A DNA stretch of 63,296 nt, counting the filler, from Octopus bimaculoides (Eukaryota): assembly GCF_001194135.2 (NCBI RefSeq). It is 5 parts of 5 records of this genome, joined end to end, with 100 filler letters (N's around TTAATTAATTAA, not from the genome) between each part and the next. Parts side by side here need not be neighbours in the genome. Positions count along the whole stretch, not along the records: positions 61,587 to 63,296 come from NC_068993.1; 4 more parts are not named here. One strand, 5' to 3'. The notes below the pieces were generated by a model. That model was not told the origin of the DNA and did no database searches. It worked only from the letters and a program-made list of their open reading frames with translations. Of the stretch, positions 63,126 to 63,296 are shown piece after piece. The position numbers and the translations under genes were made by a program. Each line of letters starts with the position of its first letter. The first letter of the stretch is position 1.

Positions 63126-63296
63126 GAAAGGGAGCCTCTTCGTTGATATATCAACCGACTAGAAATAACCACCAAATCTTCCATGTTTTGGTCTCAAATT
63201 TTGGCATAAGGCCAGCAAGTTCCGCTGAGTGAATAAGTCGATTAGATCAACCCCAGTATTCAACTGGTACTCATTTTATCGACCCCGAATGAATAA

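Overview
Eukaryotic, AT-rich, microsatellite-dense scaffold with many N gaps. The SINE families and repeat density point to a coleoid cephalopod, most likely Octopus (inference). Most short ORFs in the supplied track are microsatellite or N-gap artefacts. Supportable genic sequence is limited to three things. First, one clean minus-strand exon (1662-1858) resembling the N-terminal domain of an AMPA/kainate-type glutamate receptor. Second, a decayed minus-strand death-domain-like gene at about 33.7-49.3 kb, with a duplicated exon. Third, several weak exon or promoter candidates. The rest is a mosaic of tRNA-headed SINEs, RTE, R4/Dong-like and Penelope-like (PLE) retroelement fragments, Tc1/mariner/maT remnants, foldbacks and minisatellites. 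The most striking signal is a ~530 bp non-coding foldback family (22421-22946 and 53546-54080). Its long inverted arms carry outward-facing minimal type I hammerhead-ribozyme motifs, with compensatory base changes in stem I between the two copies. Related hammerhead-like cores occur at the end of a PLE GIY-YIG fragment (44534-44569) and in a tRNA-headed element (235-610). Four artificial 100-bp linkers (44N-TTAATTAATTAA-44N) split the window into blocks whose adjacency is not assured. Repeat boundaries are read by eye and are approximate.
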